Positions 41,910-51,172 of a stretch of 64,000 bases of DNA are shown one piece after another. The stretch is from an uncultured Candidatus Binatia bacterium (lineage in GTDB: Bacteria > Desulfobacterota > Binatia > UBA9968 > JAJDTQ01). The stretch spans positions 2,336,001-2,400,000 of the forward strand of contig OZ243916.1 of NCBI GenBank assembly GCA_965213675.1, written 5' to 3'. Below the pieces are notes generated by a model that did not search any database, was not told the DNA's origin, and worked only from the letters and a program-made list of their open reading frames with translations. Within the stretch, counting starts at the first letter, position 1, and each line of letters opens with the position of its first letter. The position numbers and the translations under genes are program-made.

Positions 41910-42879
41910 AGAACACGTCGATCAGAAAGTTGATGGCCACGAACGCCACCGTGTACACCAGCACCAGCCCGGTCACCAGCGGATGATCGCGCGCGTTGAG
42001 CGCCGTCACCAGCAGGCTGCCGCTGCCGGGCCACGAGAAGACCGTCTCCACGATGATCGAGCCGCTCAGAAGCGTGCCCAGCTCCAGCCCCACCACCGTA
42101 ATCACCGGGATGAGCGCGTTGCGGACCACATGGCGCCACAGCACCTTGCGCTCCACCAGCCCCTTGGCGCGGGCCGTGGTGACGTAGTCCTCATGCATGA
42201 CCTCCAGCACCGACGACCGGGTCACGCGCATGAGGATCCCGAGCATGTTGGAGCCCAGGGCCAGCGCTGGCAGGAACACGTGCTCCAGGCCGTCGCGCAC
42301 CCCCGCCCAGTTCCCCTGTATGGCGCTGTCCAGAATGTAGAAGCCGGTGATGCGGTCGCCGGCGATGCCGTAGGTGTCCCGTCCCGCGGACGGGAGGATA
42401 TTCAGGATGCCGGCGAACAACAGGATCAGCATGATGCCGAACCAGAAACTGGGCATGCTGATACCGAACAGGCCGAAGGTCGTTCCGGTGTTGTCCACCC
42501 AGGAATTGGGCTTGGCCGCAGCCCACACCCCCAAGGGTATGGCGAAGATGACGGCGATGAGGACCGAGGCGCTGGCCAGTTCCAGGGTCGCGGGAATGCG
42601 GCTCAGGATCACGTCCAGGACGGGCTCGTCGTACTTGAAGGAGCGGCCGAAGTCTCCTTGGGCCGCGGACGTGAAGAACTTGAGGTACTGGACGTAGACG
42701 GGCTGGTCGAGGCCCCATCGTTCCCGCGCCTCGGCGATGTCCTCGGCGGTGCTGTCCTCGCCCAGCAGCATGAGCGTCGGATCGCCGGGCGCGGCCTGGA
42801 TCAGCAGGAAGACGAGCAGGCTGATAAGGACCATGACCGGGATGGTCCCGGCCAAGCGACGTAGCAGATAGGTTCCCAT
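41878..42879 (-). CDS. Peptide/nickel ABC transporter permease (DppB/OppB-like)
   Basis: PGDP, GLDQP, PATLEL, DYVTTARAKG and ETVFSWPG motifs. Confidence 0.92.
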   Translation of the reverse strand: MGTYLLRRLAGTIPVMVLISLLVFLLIQAAPGDPTLMLLGEDSTAEDIAEARERWGLDQPVYVQYLKFFTSAAQGDFGRSFKYDEPVLDVILSRIPATLELASASVLIAVIFAIPLGVWAAAKPNSWVDNTGTTFGLFGISMPSFWFGIMLILLFAGILNILPSAGRDTYGIAGDRITGFYILDSAIQGNWAGVRDGLEHVFLPALALGSNMLGILMRVTRSSVLEVMHEDYVTTARAKGLVERKVLWRHVVRNALIPVITVVGLELGTLLSGSIIVETVFSWPGSGSLLVTALNARDHPLVTGLVLVYTVAFVAINFLIDVFYAVIDPRIRY

Positions 42880-43094
42880 GGGGCAGTCTCTCGAAAAACC
42901 TACCGTCTATGCCATAGGCGGCGGGAATTCAAGGACTCGCGCCGTGCGTTGACTCGTCCACATGGACACCGGATGCGCCAGGAGAACGGGCTCGGGAGTC
43001 CGCGGGAAGCGTCCGCGGGCGTCCACCGGAGGGGCCGTCTACAACCGCACATGAGTGTGTTATGGAATTGTCAGCCGGTTGTGAGCATGATGGC

Positions 43095-43233
43095 GCCCTT
43101 CGGCTTCGCTACGCCTGTCCCGAGCCTGTCGAAGGGCTCAGGGCGAACGGGTCAGGGGTTCCGCCGTGCGCGGAGCGAACGGGTGAAGACGAACGGTGGA
43201 ATGGCCGTGGCACGCCGGTTCCGCCGTGCGCGG
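43095..43233. repeat. Degenerate REP/MITE-like cluster upstream of ubiD
   Basis: GCCCTTCG...CGAGCCTGTCGAAGGGCTCAGGGCGAACGG palindrome-rich segment, plus 17-bp GGTTCCGCCGTGCGCGG at 43157 and 43217. Confidence 0.55.
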
Positions 43234-43307
43234 CTCCTACAGGCAGTACGGGTTGGCAGCACGGTTTTCTACCGCGTCCACCGCGCGACGACGAAAGGAT
43301 CGCATTC

Positions 43308-44744
43308 ATGGCAAGGGACCTGCGCGCTTTCATCGACGAGCTTGCCGCCGCGGCGCCGGACCAGATCCACATGGTCACACAACGGGTGGACCGCAGGTTC
43401 GACATCACCGCCATCGCCGAACGGCTGGGCGAGGACGGGCGCTTTCCCGCGCTGGTGTTCACCGACGTGGAAGGCGCCTCCATGCCGCTGGCCATCAACC
43501 TGACCGCCACCTACGAGCGGCTCGCCCTCGCGCTGGGCGCCGGCGTCCACGACATGGTGCGGGTCTACGGCGAGCGGCAGGCCAGGCCCATCCAGGCAAA
43601 GACCGTGTCCGACGGGCCGGTGAAGGAGGTGGTGCTCACGGGCGACGCCGCCGACCTGTCCGTCCTGCCCATCCCGTTTCACAACGAACTCGACGCCGGT
43701 CCGTACATCACCGGCGGCGTCATGATCGTCAAGGACCCGGACAGCGGCGCCCAGAACGCCGGCCTCTACCGCCACCAGGTGCACGACCCCCGCACCCTCG
43801 GGGTCTACATCCAGGGGAGCCACCACGGCGGCTACATCTACCGGCGCAACTCGGAGCGCGGCGAGGCCACCGAGTTCGCCCTGGTGGTGGGGCACTACCC
43901 CACGTTCATGCTCGGGGCGGTGTCGCGGCTGCCGGGCATCGGCGGTGAGTTCGCCGAGGCCGGCGCGCTCCTGCAGGAGCCCATCGAACTGGTCAAGGCC
44001 GAAACCGTGGACCTCCTGGTGCCGGCCCACGCGGAGATCGTCATCGAGGGGCGGCTCTTGCCCGGCGAGACCCGCCTCGAAGGCCCCTTCGGGGAATGGA
44101 CCGGCTACTACGTGAGCGTGGGCGCCCAGCCGGTGATGCGCGTGTCCGCCATGACCATGCGCCGCAATCCCATCTATTACGACGTCTTCCCCGCCGGCCA
44201 GGAACACCTGGTGCTGGGCAGCCTGCCGCGCATGGGCACCATCTACCGGCGGGTGCGGGAGGCGGTCCCCGGCGTGGTCAACGTCAACGTGCCCGCCCAC
44301 GCGCGCACCCACTGCTACATCTCCATCCGCAAGACCCGCGACTCCGAGGTCAAGCGCGCGGCCCTGGCGGCCATCGCCACCGAGCCCGAGAACCTCCGCT
44401 GCGTGGTGGTGGTGGACGACGACATCAACGTGTTCCACGAGCCCGAGGTGACCTGGGCCGTGGGCACGCGCATGCGCCCGGACAAGGACGTGCTCACCAT
44501 CCCTGACTGGAACGGCCCCGGCGACCTCCTGCCGTCCAACTGGAACTACCGGGTGGACGGCGCCCACGAGCCGGTCATGGGCGCCGTCATGATTCTGGAC
44601 GCCACCAAGCCGGCGCCGCCGGTGCAGTACCCGCAACGAGCCCGCCCGCCCCGGGACAAGGTGCGGGAAGTGCGGCTGGAGGGGCTGCTGCGGGACTTCG
44701 ACCCGGCGCTGCTGCGGTCGCGAAACACCTTGACCGGCGATTGA
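43308..44744 (+). CDS. UbiD-family (prFMN-dependent) decarboxylase
   Basis: DLRAFI, DAGPYIT, GLYR, AEIVIEG, EGPFGE and VDDDI motifs. Confidence 0.92.
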   Translation: MARDLRAFIDELAAAAPDQIHMVTQRVDRRFDITAIAERLGEDGRFPALVFTDVEGASMPLAINLTATYERLALALGAGVHDMVRVYGERQARPIQAKTVSDGPVKEVVLTGDAADLSVLPIPFHNELDAGPYITGGVMIVKDPDSGAQNAGLYRHQVHDPRTLGVYIQGSHHGGYIYRRNSERGEATEFALVVGHYPTFMLGAVSRLPGIGGEFAEAGALLQEPIELVKAETVDLLVPAHAEIVIEGRLLPGETRLEGPFGEWTGYYVSVGAQPVMRVSAMTMRRNPIYYDVFPAGQEHLVLGSLPRMGTIYRRVREAVPGVVNVNVPAHARTHCYISIRKTRDSEVKRAALAAIATEPENLRCVVVVDDDINVFHEPEVTWAVGTRMRPDKDVLTIPDWNGPGDLLPSNWNYRVDGAHEPVMGAVMILDATKPAPPVQYPQRARPPRDKVREVRLEGLLRDFDPALLRSRNTLTGD

Positions 44745-44882
44745 AGGAGTGCCACACTTTTCGCTCCGGTCAGGAAGCTCTGATCGATGGTCGCCGCCAG
44801 AATGGCGCGTTTCGCCCGGGCGCAGCGCAGTCTGGAAGGTTCTCGCCTGAAGAGGTTCTCCTCAACACGAAAGGATCCCGTG

Positions 44883-45875
44883 ATGCAGATTCCGAAATCG
44901 TTGTCTGGAGCTTGTCTCGCAGCCCTGGTTACCTTGGCGCTGGCCGCCTCGCCGGCGTTCGCCGCCGATCCGTGGAAGCCCAGCAAGCCCATCACCATCC
45001 TCGTCGGGTTCTCGGTGGGCGGCGCCATGGACACCGCCGCACGGCTCCAGGCCGAGGTGATGTCCAAGGCATTGGGTGTGCCCGTGGTGGTGCGGAACGT
45101 GCCCGGCGCCGGGGGCCGGAACTCCGTGACCATCCTGCACCGCTCCAAGCCCGACGGCCACACCATGGCCGCCCTGAACCTGCCCGGTCAGGCCGTCAAT
45201 CAGGCGGCCCGGGGCATGGACCCGGACCTGCGTAGTTTCACCTGGATCGGACGCCAAGTGTCCAACCCCTACTTCATGCAGGCCACCACCAAGGCGGGCA
45301 AGGACCAATGGACATCGCTCAAGCAGATGAAGGCGGCCAAGAAACCCATCAAGGCGGGCATCACCGGGACCGGCGGCAACACGTTCCCCATCTCCGTCAT
45401 CACCGCCAATCTGGTGGGCTTCCCGGTGGAGTTCATCGCCGGCTTCAAGGGTCCCGAGTTGATCACCGGCATCATTCGCGGCGACTTCTCCTTCACCAAC
45501 CTGCCGCTGGTCAAGCGCTGGACCACCGCGGTGGACTCGGGCGAGGCCAAGGCCATTGCCGTCTACCTGCCGGAACGGCATCCCAAGTTCCCCAACATCC
45601 CCACGGGGGTGGAGCAGGGCTTCCCCGAACTGGGGTCTTCCTCCCTGGTGGGACAGAACCTCTACGCGCTGCCGCCCAATACGCCTCCGGAGATCGCTTC
45701 GGTCATCGAGGCGGCCTTGGTGAAGGCCAACAACGACGCGGCCCTCAAGGAGAAGATCGAGGCCAACGGCAATATCGTCGCGCCGTTGAGCAAGGCGGAC
45801 ACCGCCAAGCTGGTGGGCGACATGCTCGGCCTGGTGGAGAAGAACGCCGCGTTGCTCAAGAAATACATCAAGTGA
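44883..45875 (+). CDS. TctC/Bug family substrate-binding protein
   Basis: Signal peptide, PSKPITILV..SVGG.MD, NVPGAGG and KPDG motifs. Confidence 0.9.
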   Translation: MQIPKSLSGACLAALVTLALAASPAFAADPWKPSKPITILVGFSVGGAMDTAARLQAEVMSKALGVPVVVRNVPGAGGRNSVTILHRSKPDGHTMAALNLPGQAVNQAARGMDPDLRSFTWIGRQVSNPYFMQATTKAGKDQWTSLKQMKAAKKPIKAGITGTGGNTFPISVITANLVGFPVEFIAGFKGPELITGIIRGDFSFTNLPLVKRWTTAVDSGEAKAIAVYLPERHPKFPNIPTGVEQGFPELGSSSLVGQNLYALPPNTPPEIASVIEAALVKANNDAALKEKIEANGNIVAPLSKADTAKLVGDMLGLVEKNAALLKKYIK

Positions 45876-45890
45876 ACCCAGCCGGCATTC

Positions 45891-47375
45891 ATGTTTGAAG
45901 GATTCGGCGGCGCGCTGGTCACCATCGCCGAACCGCACGTCCTGTTGACGCTGTTCTTCGGCAGCGTCATCGGACTGATCTTCGGCGCGGTGCCAGGACT
46001 TGGCGGCATTCTCGCCATGTCCATGCTGCTGCCGTTTACCTTCACCTGGGACGCCATCACCGCCGTCTACCTGTTCTCCGGCATCATGGGGGCCAGCTCC
46101 TTCGGCGGCTCCATCAGCGCCATCCTGCTCAATACCCCGGGCACGCCGGTGAACGCCGCCACCTGCTTCGACGGCTACCCCATGGCCAAGCGCGGCGAGG
46201 CCGCCCGGGCGCTGGGGCTGTCGGCGGGAGCGTGCCTCCTCGGGGCGCTGTTCGGCCTCGTGATCCTGGCGCTGCTGATCCAGGTCATGCGCCCGCTGGT
46301 CATCGCCTTTGGTCACCCGGAGATCTTCTGGCTGGTGGTGTTCGGACTGGTCACCACGGCCACCGTGAGCCAGGGCTCGATCTTGAACGGCCTCATTGCC
46401 GGCGGCGTCGGCATCCTGCTTTCGCTGGTGGGCCTCAACGAGCCCACCGGACTCATCCGCTACACCATGGGCAGCGAGTACCTGTGGGACGGCATCCCGC
46501 TGATCCCGTTCTTCGTCGGCCTGTTCGCCATCGGCGAGTTGATCAACTACTCGGCCCAAGGGGGCACCATCGCCCGCGACGACATCCAGGCCAGCATACG
46601 CGGCGCGTGGCAGGGGGTGATGGAAAACTTCCGCTACGCCTTCTGCCTCCTGCGCAGCTCGTCCATCGGCACGCTGGTGGGGATCATCCCCGGGGTGGGG
46701 GGCGAAACCGCCAACCTCATCGCCTACACCGTGGCGGTGCAGTCCTCCAAAGACCCGGGCGCCTTCGGCACGGGCAACCCCGAGGGGGTCATCGCCAGCG
46801 AGGCGGCCAACGACTCCAAGGACGGGGGCGCGCTGCTGACCACCCTGAGCTTCGGCATTCCCGGCAGCCTGGCCATGGCGCTGCTGCTGAGCATCTTCAT
46901 CATGCACGGGATCTCGCCCGGCCCGCAGTTGATCCTGGACAACCCCATCTTCATCTGGACCCTGCTCATCGGCTACGTGGTGTCCAATGCCTTCGCCAGC
47001 ATCTTCGGCCTGCTGGCCGCGCGCTACCTGGCCATCATCACCCGGGTGCCGGTGCACTACCTGTCCGCGGTCATCGCGGTGGTGGCCCTGGCCGGCACCT
47101 ACATCCTGCGGGACAACATCTGGGACGTGGCGCTGGTGGTGCTTCTGGGCGTGTTCGGCTTCGCCATGCGCCGGGCGGGCGTGCCGGTGCTGCCCCTGGT
47201 CATCGGCTTCGTGCTCGGCAACCTGGCAGAGAAGTCGTTCCTGCTGACGCTCCGGATCCACGACGGCAGCTATTTCGGCTTCTTCAACAGCACCATCTCC
47301 TGGATCCTCATCCTGACCATGGTGGCGGTCCCCGTCATCACACGGATGCGCACCCGCTCCACGGCGACGTCATGA
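45891..47375 (+). CDS. tctA: Tripartite tricarboxylate transporter permease TctA
   Basis: GAVPGLG, LLNTPG, DGYPMAKRG, EAANDS and GIPG motifs. Confidence 0.92.
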   Translation: MFEGFGGALVTIAEPHVLLTLFFGSVIGLIFGAVPGLGGILAMSMLLPFTFTWDAITAVYLFSGIMGASSFGGSISAILLNTPGTPVNAATCFDGYPMAKRGEAARALGLSAGACLLGALFGLVILALLIQVMRPLVIAFGHPEIFWLVVFGLVTTATVSQGSILNGLIAGGVGILLSLVGLNEPTGLIRYTMGSEYLWDGIPLIPFFVGLFAIGELINYSAQGGTIARDDIQASIRGAWQGVMENFRYAFCLLRSSSIGTLVGIIPGVGGETANLIAYTVAVQSSKDPGAFGTGNPEGVIASEAANDSKDGGALLTTLSFGIPGSLAMALLLSIFIMHGISPGPQLILDNPIFIWTLLIGYVVSNAFASIFGLLAARYLAIITRVPVHYLSAVIAVVALAGTYILRDNIWDVALVVLLGVFGFAMRRAGVPVLPLVIGFVLGNLAEKSFLLTLRIHDGSYFGFFNSTISWILILTMVAVPVITRMRTRSTATS

Positions 47376-47833
47376 AGCGGGTGAACACCAGTTACCTGAT
47401 CGTCAACCTGTTCTACCTGGCGGTGGCGCTGGTGGTGGTCGTTCCGTCCTTCGGCTTCGAGGGTCAGGGCGGGCTCGTGCCGCTGGTGCTGGGAATCCCG
47501 ACGCTGGCTTTCATCCTGTTCTGCATGTTGCGGGAGTGGCTCTCCCCGCGCGCGGCGCCTGACGACACCGTGGAGGTGGCCCCCTGGGCCAAGGCCGCGC
47601 CGGTGGTGACGTGGCTTGCGGTCTTCTGCGCGCTGGTGATCCTCATCGGCTTCCAGCCCACCATCCCCATCTACATCGTGCTCTTCCTGCGGAGCTTCGG
47701 CCGGCTTTCCTGGACGCGGTGCGCGGTGGCCGCCGCGGCCGTGTGGACGCTGGTCTACCTTGGCGTGGAGTTGGCGCTGCAACGGACGCTCTTCGAGGGC
47801 GTGCTGTTCGGCGCCATTCTGCCGCTGCTTTGA
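47372..47833 (+). CDS. tctB: Tripartite tricarboxylate transporter small subunit TctB
   Basis: Hydrophobic 153 aa; ATGA overlap with tctA. Confidence 0.75.
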   Translation: MKRVNTSYLIVNLFYLAVALVVVVPSFGFEGQGGLVPLVLGIPTLAFILFCMLREWLSPRAAPDDTVEVAPWAKAAPVVTWLAVFCALVILIGFQPTIPIYIVLFLRSFGRLSWTRCAVAAAAVWTLVYLGVELALQRTLFEGVLFGAILPLL

Positions 47834-47865
47834 GTTGGCCAGATTTTCCGCTCGGCCTTGGGGCG

Positions 47866-49026
47866 ATGAAGACCACACCCGACGCCGCGCGTCCATGGCC
47901 TGTGTTCGAGATGGGCTTCCGGCCGTTGTACCTGTTGGCCGCGGCTTTCGCGGCAACGGCGGTGCCGTTGTGGCGGTTTGGAGCCGATCTGCCGCTGCCG
48001 GACGCCGGTTATCTCGTGGGGACGGCGTGGCACGCCCACGAGATGGTGTTCGGCTTCGCCGCCGCGGTGCTGGCGGGGTTTCTATTGACGGCGGCACGGG
48101 CCTGGACCGGCCGGCCCACGCTGTCGGGCGCCAGTCTCGCGGCCCTGGCCGGCCTCTGGGTGGCGGGACGGTTGATGGCCGGCACCGGCCCGGCGCTGGC
48201 GGCCGCCGTCGTCGATTGCCTGTTCCTGCCGTGCGTCGCCCTCGCCATTGGCGTGCCGGTGGTCCAGGCCGGCAACTGGCGCAACGTCAAGGTGGTGGCC
48301 GTGGTGCTACTGCTGGCGGCGGCCAACCTGCTGTTTCATCTTGAATACGCCGGCGTCACGGCGCTGCCTTGGGGAAACGGCGGCGCGCGGCTGGCCCTGG
48401 ACCTGTTCGCGCTGATGGTGACGCTGATCGCCGGCCGGGTGATCCCCGCCTTTACGGCCAACGCGGTGCCCACGGCACGGCCCCGGCACAATCAATGGGT
48501 GGACTTCGTCGCCTTCGGTTCCCTCGCCACTCTCGCGGTGGCCGAACCCGGGGAGCCGTGGCTGGCGGCGGTGGCGGCCGGCGGCGCGGTGGCCCACGGG
48601 GTGAGACTGTGGCTCTGGGACCCCTTCGCGACGGCCCGGGAGCCGCTGTTGTGGGTGCTGCCGCTGTCCTACGGCTGGCTCGTGGTGTCGCTGGCCCTGC
48701 GTGCGTTGTGGCTCGCCGGGGCCGCGCTTCCAGCGGCCTCGTTTGTGCACGCGTTGGCGGTGGGAGTCATGGGCGGCCTGATGCTGGGGATGATGACGCG
48801 CAGCGCCCGCGGGCACACCGGCCGCGCTCTCGCGGCAGGGCCGGCGGACACCGCGGCCTTCGTCCTGGTGCACCTGGCCGCCCTGGCCCGGGTCCTGGGC
48901 GCCCTCGCCGGCCCGGAGGCGGGGGAACTGGCCGTGGACGCCGCCGCGGTCCTGTGGTCGGCCGCCTTCGCGGTTTTCTTCCTGGCCTACTGGCCCGCGC
49001 TCACGCGCCCGCGGCTGGAAGCGTGA
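47866..49026 (+). CDS. nnrS: NnrS family membrane protein
   Basis: GFRPLYL, WHAHEMVFGF, GFLLTA..WTG, GRVIPAFT and RGHTGR motifs. Confidence 0.93.
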   Translation: MKTTPDAARPWPVFEMGFRPLYLLAAAFAATAVPLWRFGADLPLPDAGYLVGTAWHAHEMVFGFAAAVLAGFLLTAARAWTGRPTLSGASLAALAGLWVAGRLMAGTGPALAAAVVDCLFLPCVALAIGVPVVQAGNWRNVKVVAVVLLLAAANLLFHLEYAGVTALPWGNGGARLALDLFALMVTLIAGRVIPAFTANAVPTARPRHNQWVDFVAFGSLATLAVAEPGEPWLAAVAAGGAVAHGVRLWLWDPFATAREPLLWVLPLSYGWLVVSLALRALWLAGAALPAASFVHALAVGVMGGLMLGMMTRSARGHTGRALAAGPADTAAFVLVHLAALARVLGALAGPEAGELAVDAAAVLWSAAFAVFFLAYWPALTRPRLEA

Positions 49027-49172
49027 CTGGACGCCAAGCCCGGTCCACGGGCTTGCGACGGCCCTGTTCCTGGTTCAAGATACAGGCTGCTTTGGACGGC
49101 CGGTCGAAACCTGCCGCCGGGGGGCTTTCCTCGGACGGCCTGCCGGTGGCCGCCTGATCGCCGCAATATCTC

Positions 49173-50036
49173 ATGCCTGCCGAATTCGTCGCCCTCGCCG
49201 CCGCCATCCTCTACTCCGGCGGCTCCATCACCGCGCGCATGGGCATGCAGCACTCTTCTCCCTTGACCGCGGCCTGCGTGCTGTTGTTCCTGCGTACGGT
49301 GGTGTTCTGGGGCGGGGTATTCCTGATGGGGGGGATTCCCCACGTCGAATGGCTGCCGCTGCTGCTGTTCGTCGGACTGGGCGTCCTCCAGACCGCCACG
49401 AGCCTGCTCCAGTTGACCGGCATACATCGCCTCGGCGCGTCCCGGGCCGAGCCCCTGCGCAATACCTACCCGCTGTGGAGCGCGGTCATCGCCATCGCCT
49501 TTCTGGGAGAACATGCGAGTCCCGGGATCCTTGCCGGAACCATCCTGGTGGTGGGCGGCATCGCGCTCATCTCCTGGCAACCGGCGGACTCGGGCCTGCG
49601 CTACCAATGGTGGGAGGCGGTCTTTCCGCTGCTGGCCGCGCTCTTTGCCGGCATCGCGTTTCCGATTCGGCGCATCGCCTTCGACGTCTCCAATGAGCCG
49701 CTCTACTTCGCCGCCGTCCTGGCCGTGGTGTCCTTTGTTTCGCTGGGTCCGTACGTGGGCGTCCGCCTGCGGACCGAATCGTTCGTACTCGGCCGCCGCG
49801 CCGTGACGCCTTTCATCCTGTCGGGCTGCTTCGAATCCGCGGCCTCGCTCCTGTCCCTCATCGCCGTGAGCCTCGGGCGGGTGGTGGTGGTGTCTCCCAT
49901 TGTCGCCTCCACCCCCTTGTGGACTCTGATCCTCACCGTGGTCTTCCTGCGTGGCATCGAGCGCATCAACGCGCGCACGGTCACCGGCACCTTCGCGGTC
50001 ATGTCCGGCACCATCTCCATTATCCTGAGCCGGTGA
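49173..50036 (+). CDS. DMT/EamA family transporter
   Basis: Two EamA repeats, about 10 TM; FLGE and G.V.VVSPI motifs. Confidence 0.88.
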   Translation: MPAEFVALAAAILYSGGSITARMGMQHSSPLTAACVLLFLRTVVFWGGVFLMGGIPHVEWLPLLLFVGLGVLQTATSLLQLTGIHRLGASRAEPLRNTYPLWSAVIAIAFLGEHASPGILAGTILVVGGIALISWQPADSGLRYQWWEAVFPLLAALFAGIAFPIRRIAFDVSNEPLYFAAVLAVVSFVSLGPYVGVRLRTESFVLGRRAVTPFILSGCFESAASLLSLIAVSLGRVVVVSPIVASTPLWTLILTVVFLRGIERINARTVTGTFAVMSGTISIILSR

Positions 50037-50047
50037 ATGCCGTGTCC

Positions 50048-50086
50048 GGGAGCCTGCGCCGCAGGACTTCGCGAAAGCGAAAGTCC
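50048..50086. repeat. REP-like motif plus GAAA-tetraloop hairpin between convergent genes
   Basis: GGGAGCCTGCGCCGCAGGACTTCGC-GAAA-GCGAAAGTCC. Confidence 0.6.
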
Positions 50087-50098
50087 GACCGGGCCTGT

Positions 50099-51106
50099 TC
50101 AGGCGAGAGAAACGCGTTCCAGGCAAGCCTGGATGACCGTGTTGTACCAGGGCGTCCTGGCGCCGCGGCCGTGAAACCCCACGTGGCCGCCGTCATCGGT
50201 GAGAACGAGCGTGGCATTGGAGGGTAGTTCGCGACCGACGTCGTCGTACGGAGCGACCGGAATCCACGGATCGTTCCGGGAATGGAGCAGCAACAGCGGC
50301 GTGTCGATGCGTTCCAGAAGCCCGGTGGCGGAGCAGCGCGCATAGTAGTCGTCGGCGTCCACAAAGCCGTGGTGCGGCGCGGTAAAGGCGTTGTCGAACT
50401 CTGGAATGCTGCGCGCGGCCAGGACGGCGGCCCGTTGCTCCGGGGAAATCTCGGAGGCGCCGGTGATGACGGCCTGCTTCATGCGCGCAAGCAGCCACCG
50501 GTGGTAGAGCACGTTGCGAGGCCGCATCAATCTGCGGATGGCGGTCGCCATGTCGAGCGGAGTCGACACCGTTACCGCGCAGAGGGGCCGCACCGCGCAC
50601 TCGATACGCGCCAGAAAGTGCAGGACGACGGTGCCGCCGAGGGAAAACCCGACCAGCACGACGCCGCGGCGCGCCTCTTCGATTTCGAGCGCCGACAGCA
50701 CCGCGGCGACGTTGTCTCCGGAGCCCGCGCAATAGCTTCTGCGGCAAGTCTCACGCGACGGACCGGCGCCGCGGAGGTTGAGGCGCATGACCGGATAACC
50801 GAGCGTGAGCAAGGAGCGCGTGGTCTCGATCATGTACGAACTGCCCTCGCAGCCGGTGAGGCCGTGCACGAGAATCACCAGCGGGCGGTGGGTGGCCTCG
50901 TGCGGTCGATGAAGCATGGCAAGGAGCGAATCGCCGGCGGCATCGGGAAACGGGATGCGGATGCGCTCACCGGACCAGGCGGACAGGTCCTCACTGACGG
51001 GAAAGAAGTAGTACCGCAGCGTCTGCAGGTCGCCGCCCAGCCACGGGAAACGGGGCGTAAAATTCACCTGTGCGGGATCGGGCAACAACATGGACGGCCT
51101 GCTCAA
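50099..51106 (-). CDS. YheT-like alpha/beta hydrolase
   Basis: GDLQT, HGLTGCEGS, GFSLGG, NDPWI and GGHVGF motifs. Confidence 0.9.
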   Translation of the reverse strand: MSRPSMLLPDPAQVNFTPRFPWLGGDLQTLRYYFFPVSEDLSAWSGERIRIPFPDAAGDSLLAMLHRPHEATHRPLVILVHGLTGCEGSSYMIETTRSLLTLGYPVMRLNLRGAGPSRETCRRSYCAGSGDNVAAVLSALEIEEARRGVVLVGFSLGGTVVLHFLARIECAVRPLCAVTVSTPLDMATAIRRLMRPRNVLYHRWLLARMKQAVITGASEISPEQRAAVLAARSIPEFDNAFTAPHHGFVDADDYYARCSATGLLERIDTPLLLLHSRNDPWIPVAPYDDVGRELPSNATLVLTDDGGHVGFHGRGARTPWYNTVIQACLERVSLA

Positions 51107-51172
51107 GGATACCGCTGAGAAAGCATACGGTCGTGCAGCACACGTTTCCTGGAATCCCGGAGTTGACGCGTG

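Noticed and set aside
43208-43222. Sigma-54 promoter for ubiD
   Set aside because: TTCC replaces the near-invariant TTGC at -12; mentioned only within the repeat finding
43157-43233. 17-bp direct repeat with 60-bp period as a mini-CRISPR
   Set aside because: Only two copies, too short, and no cas genes or leader
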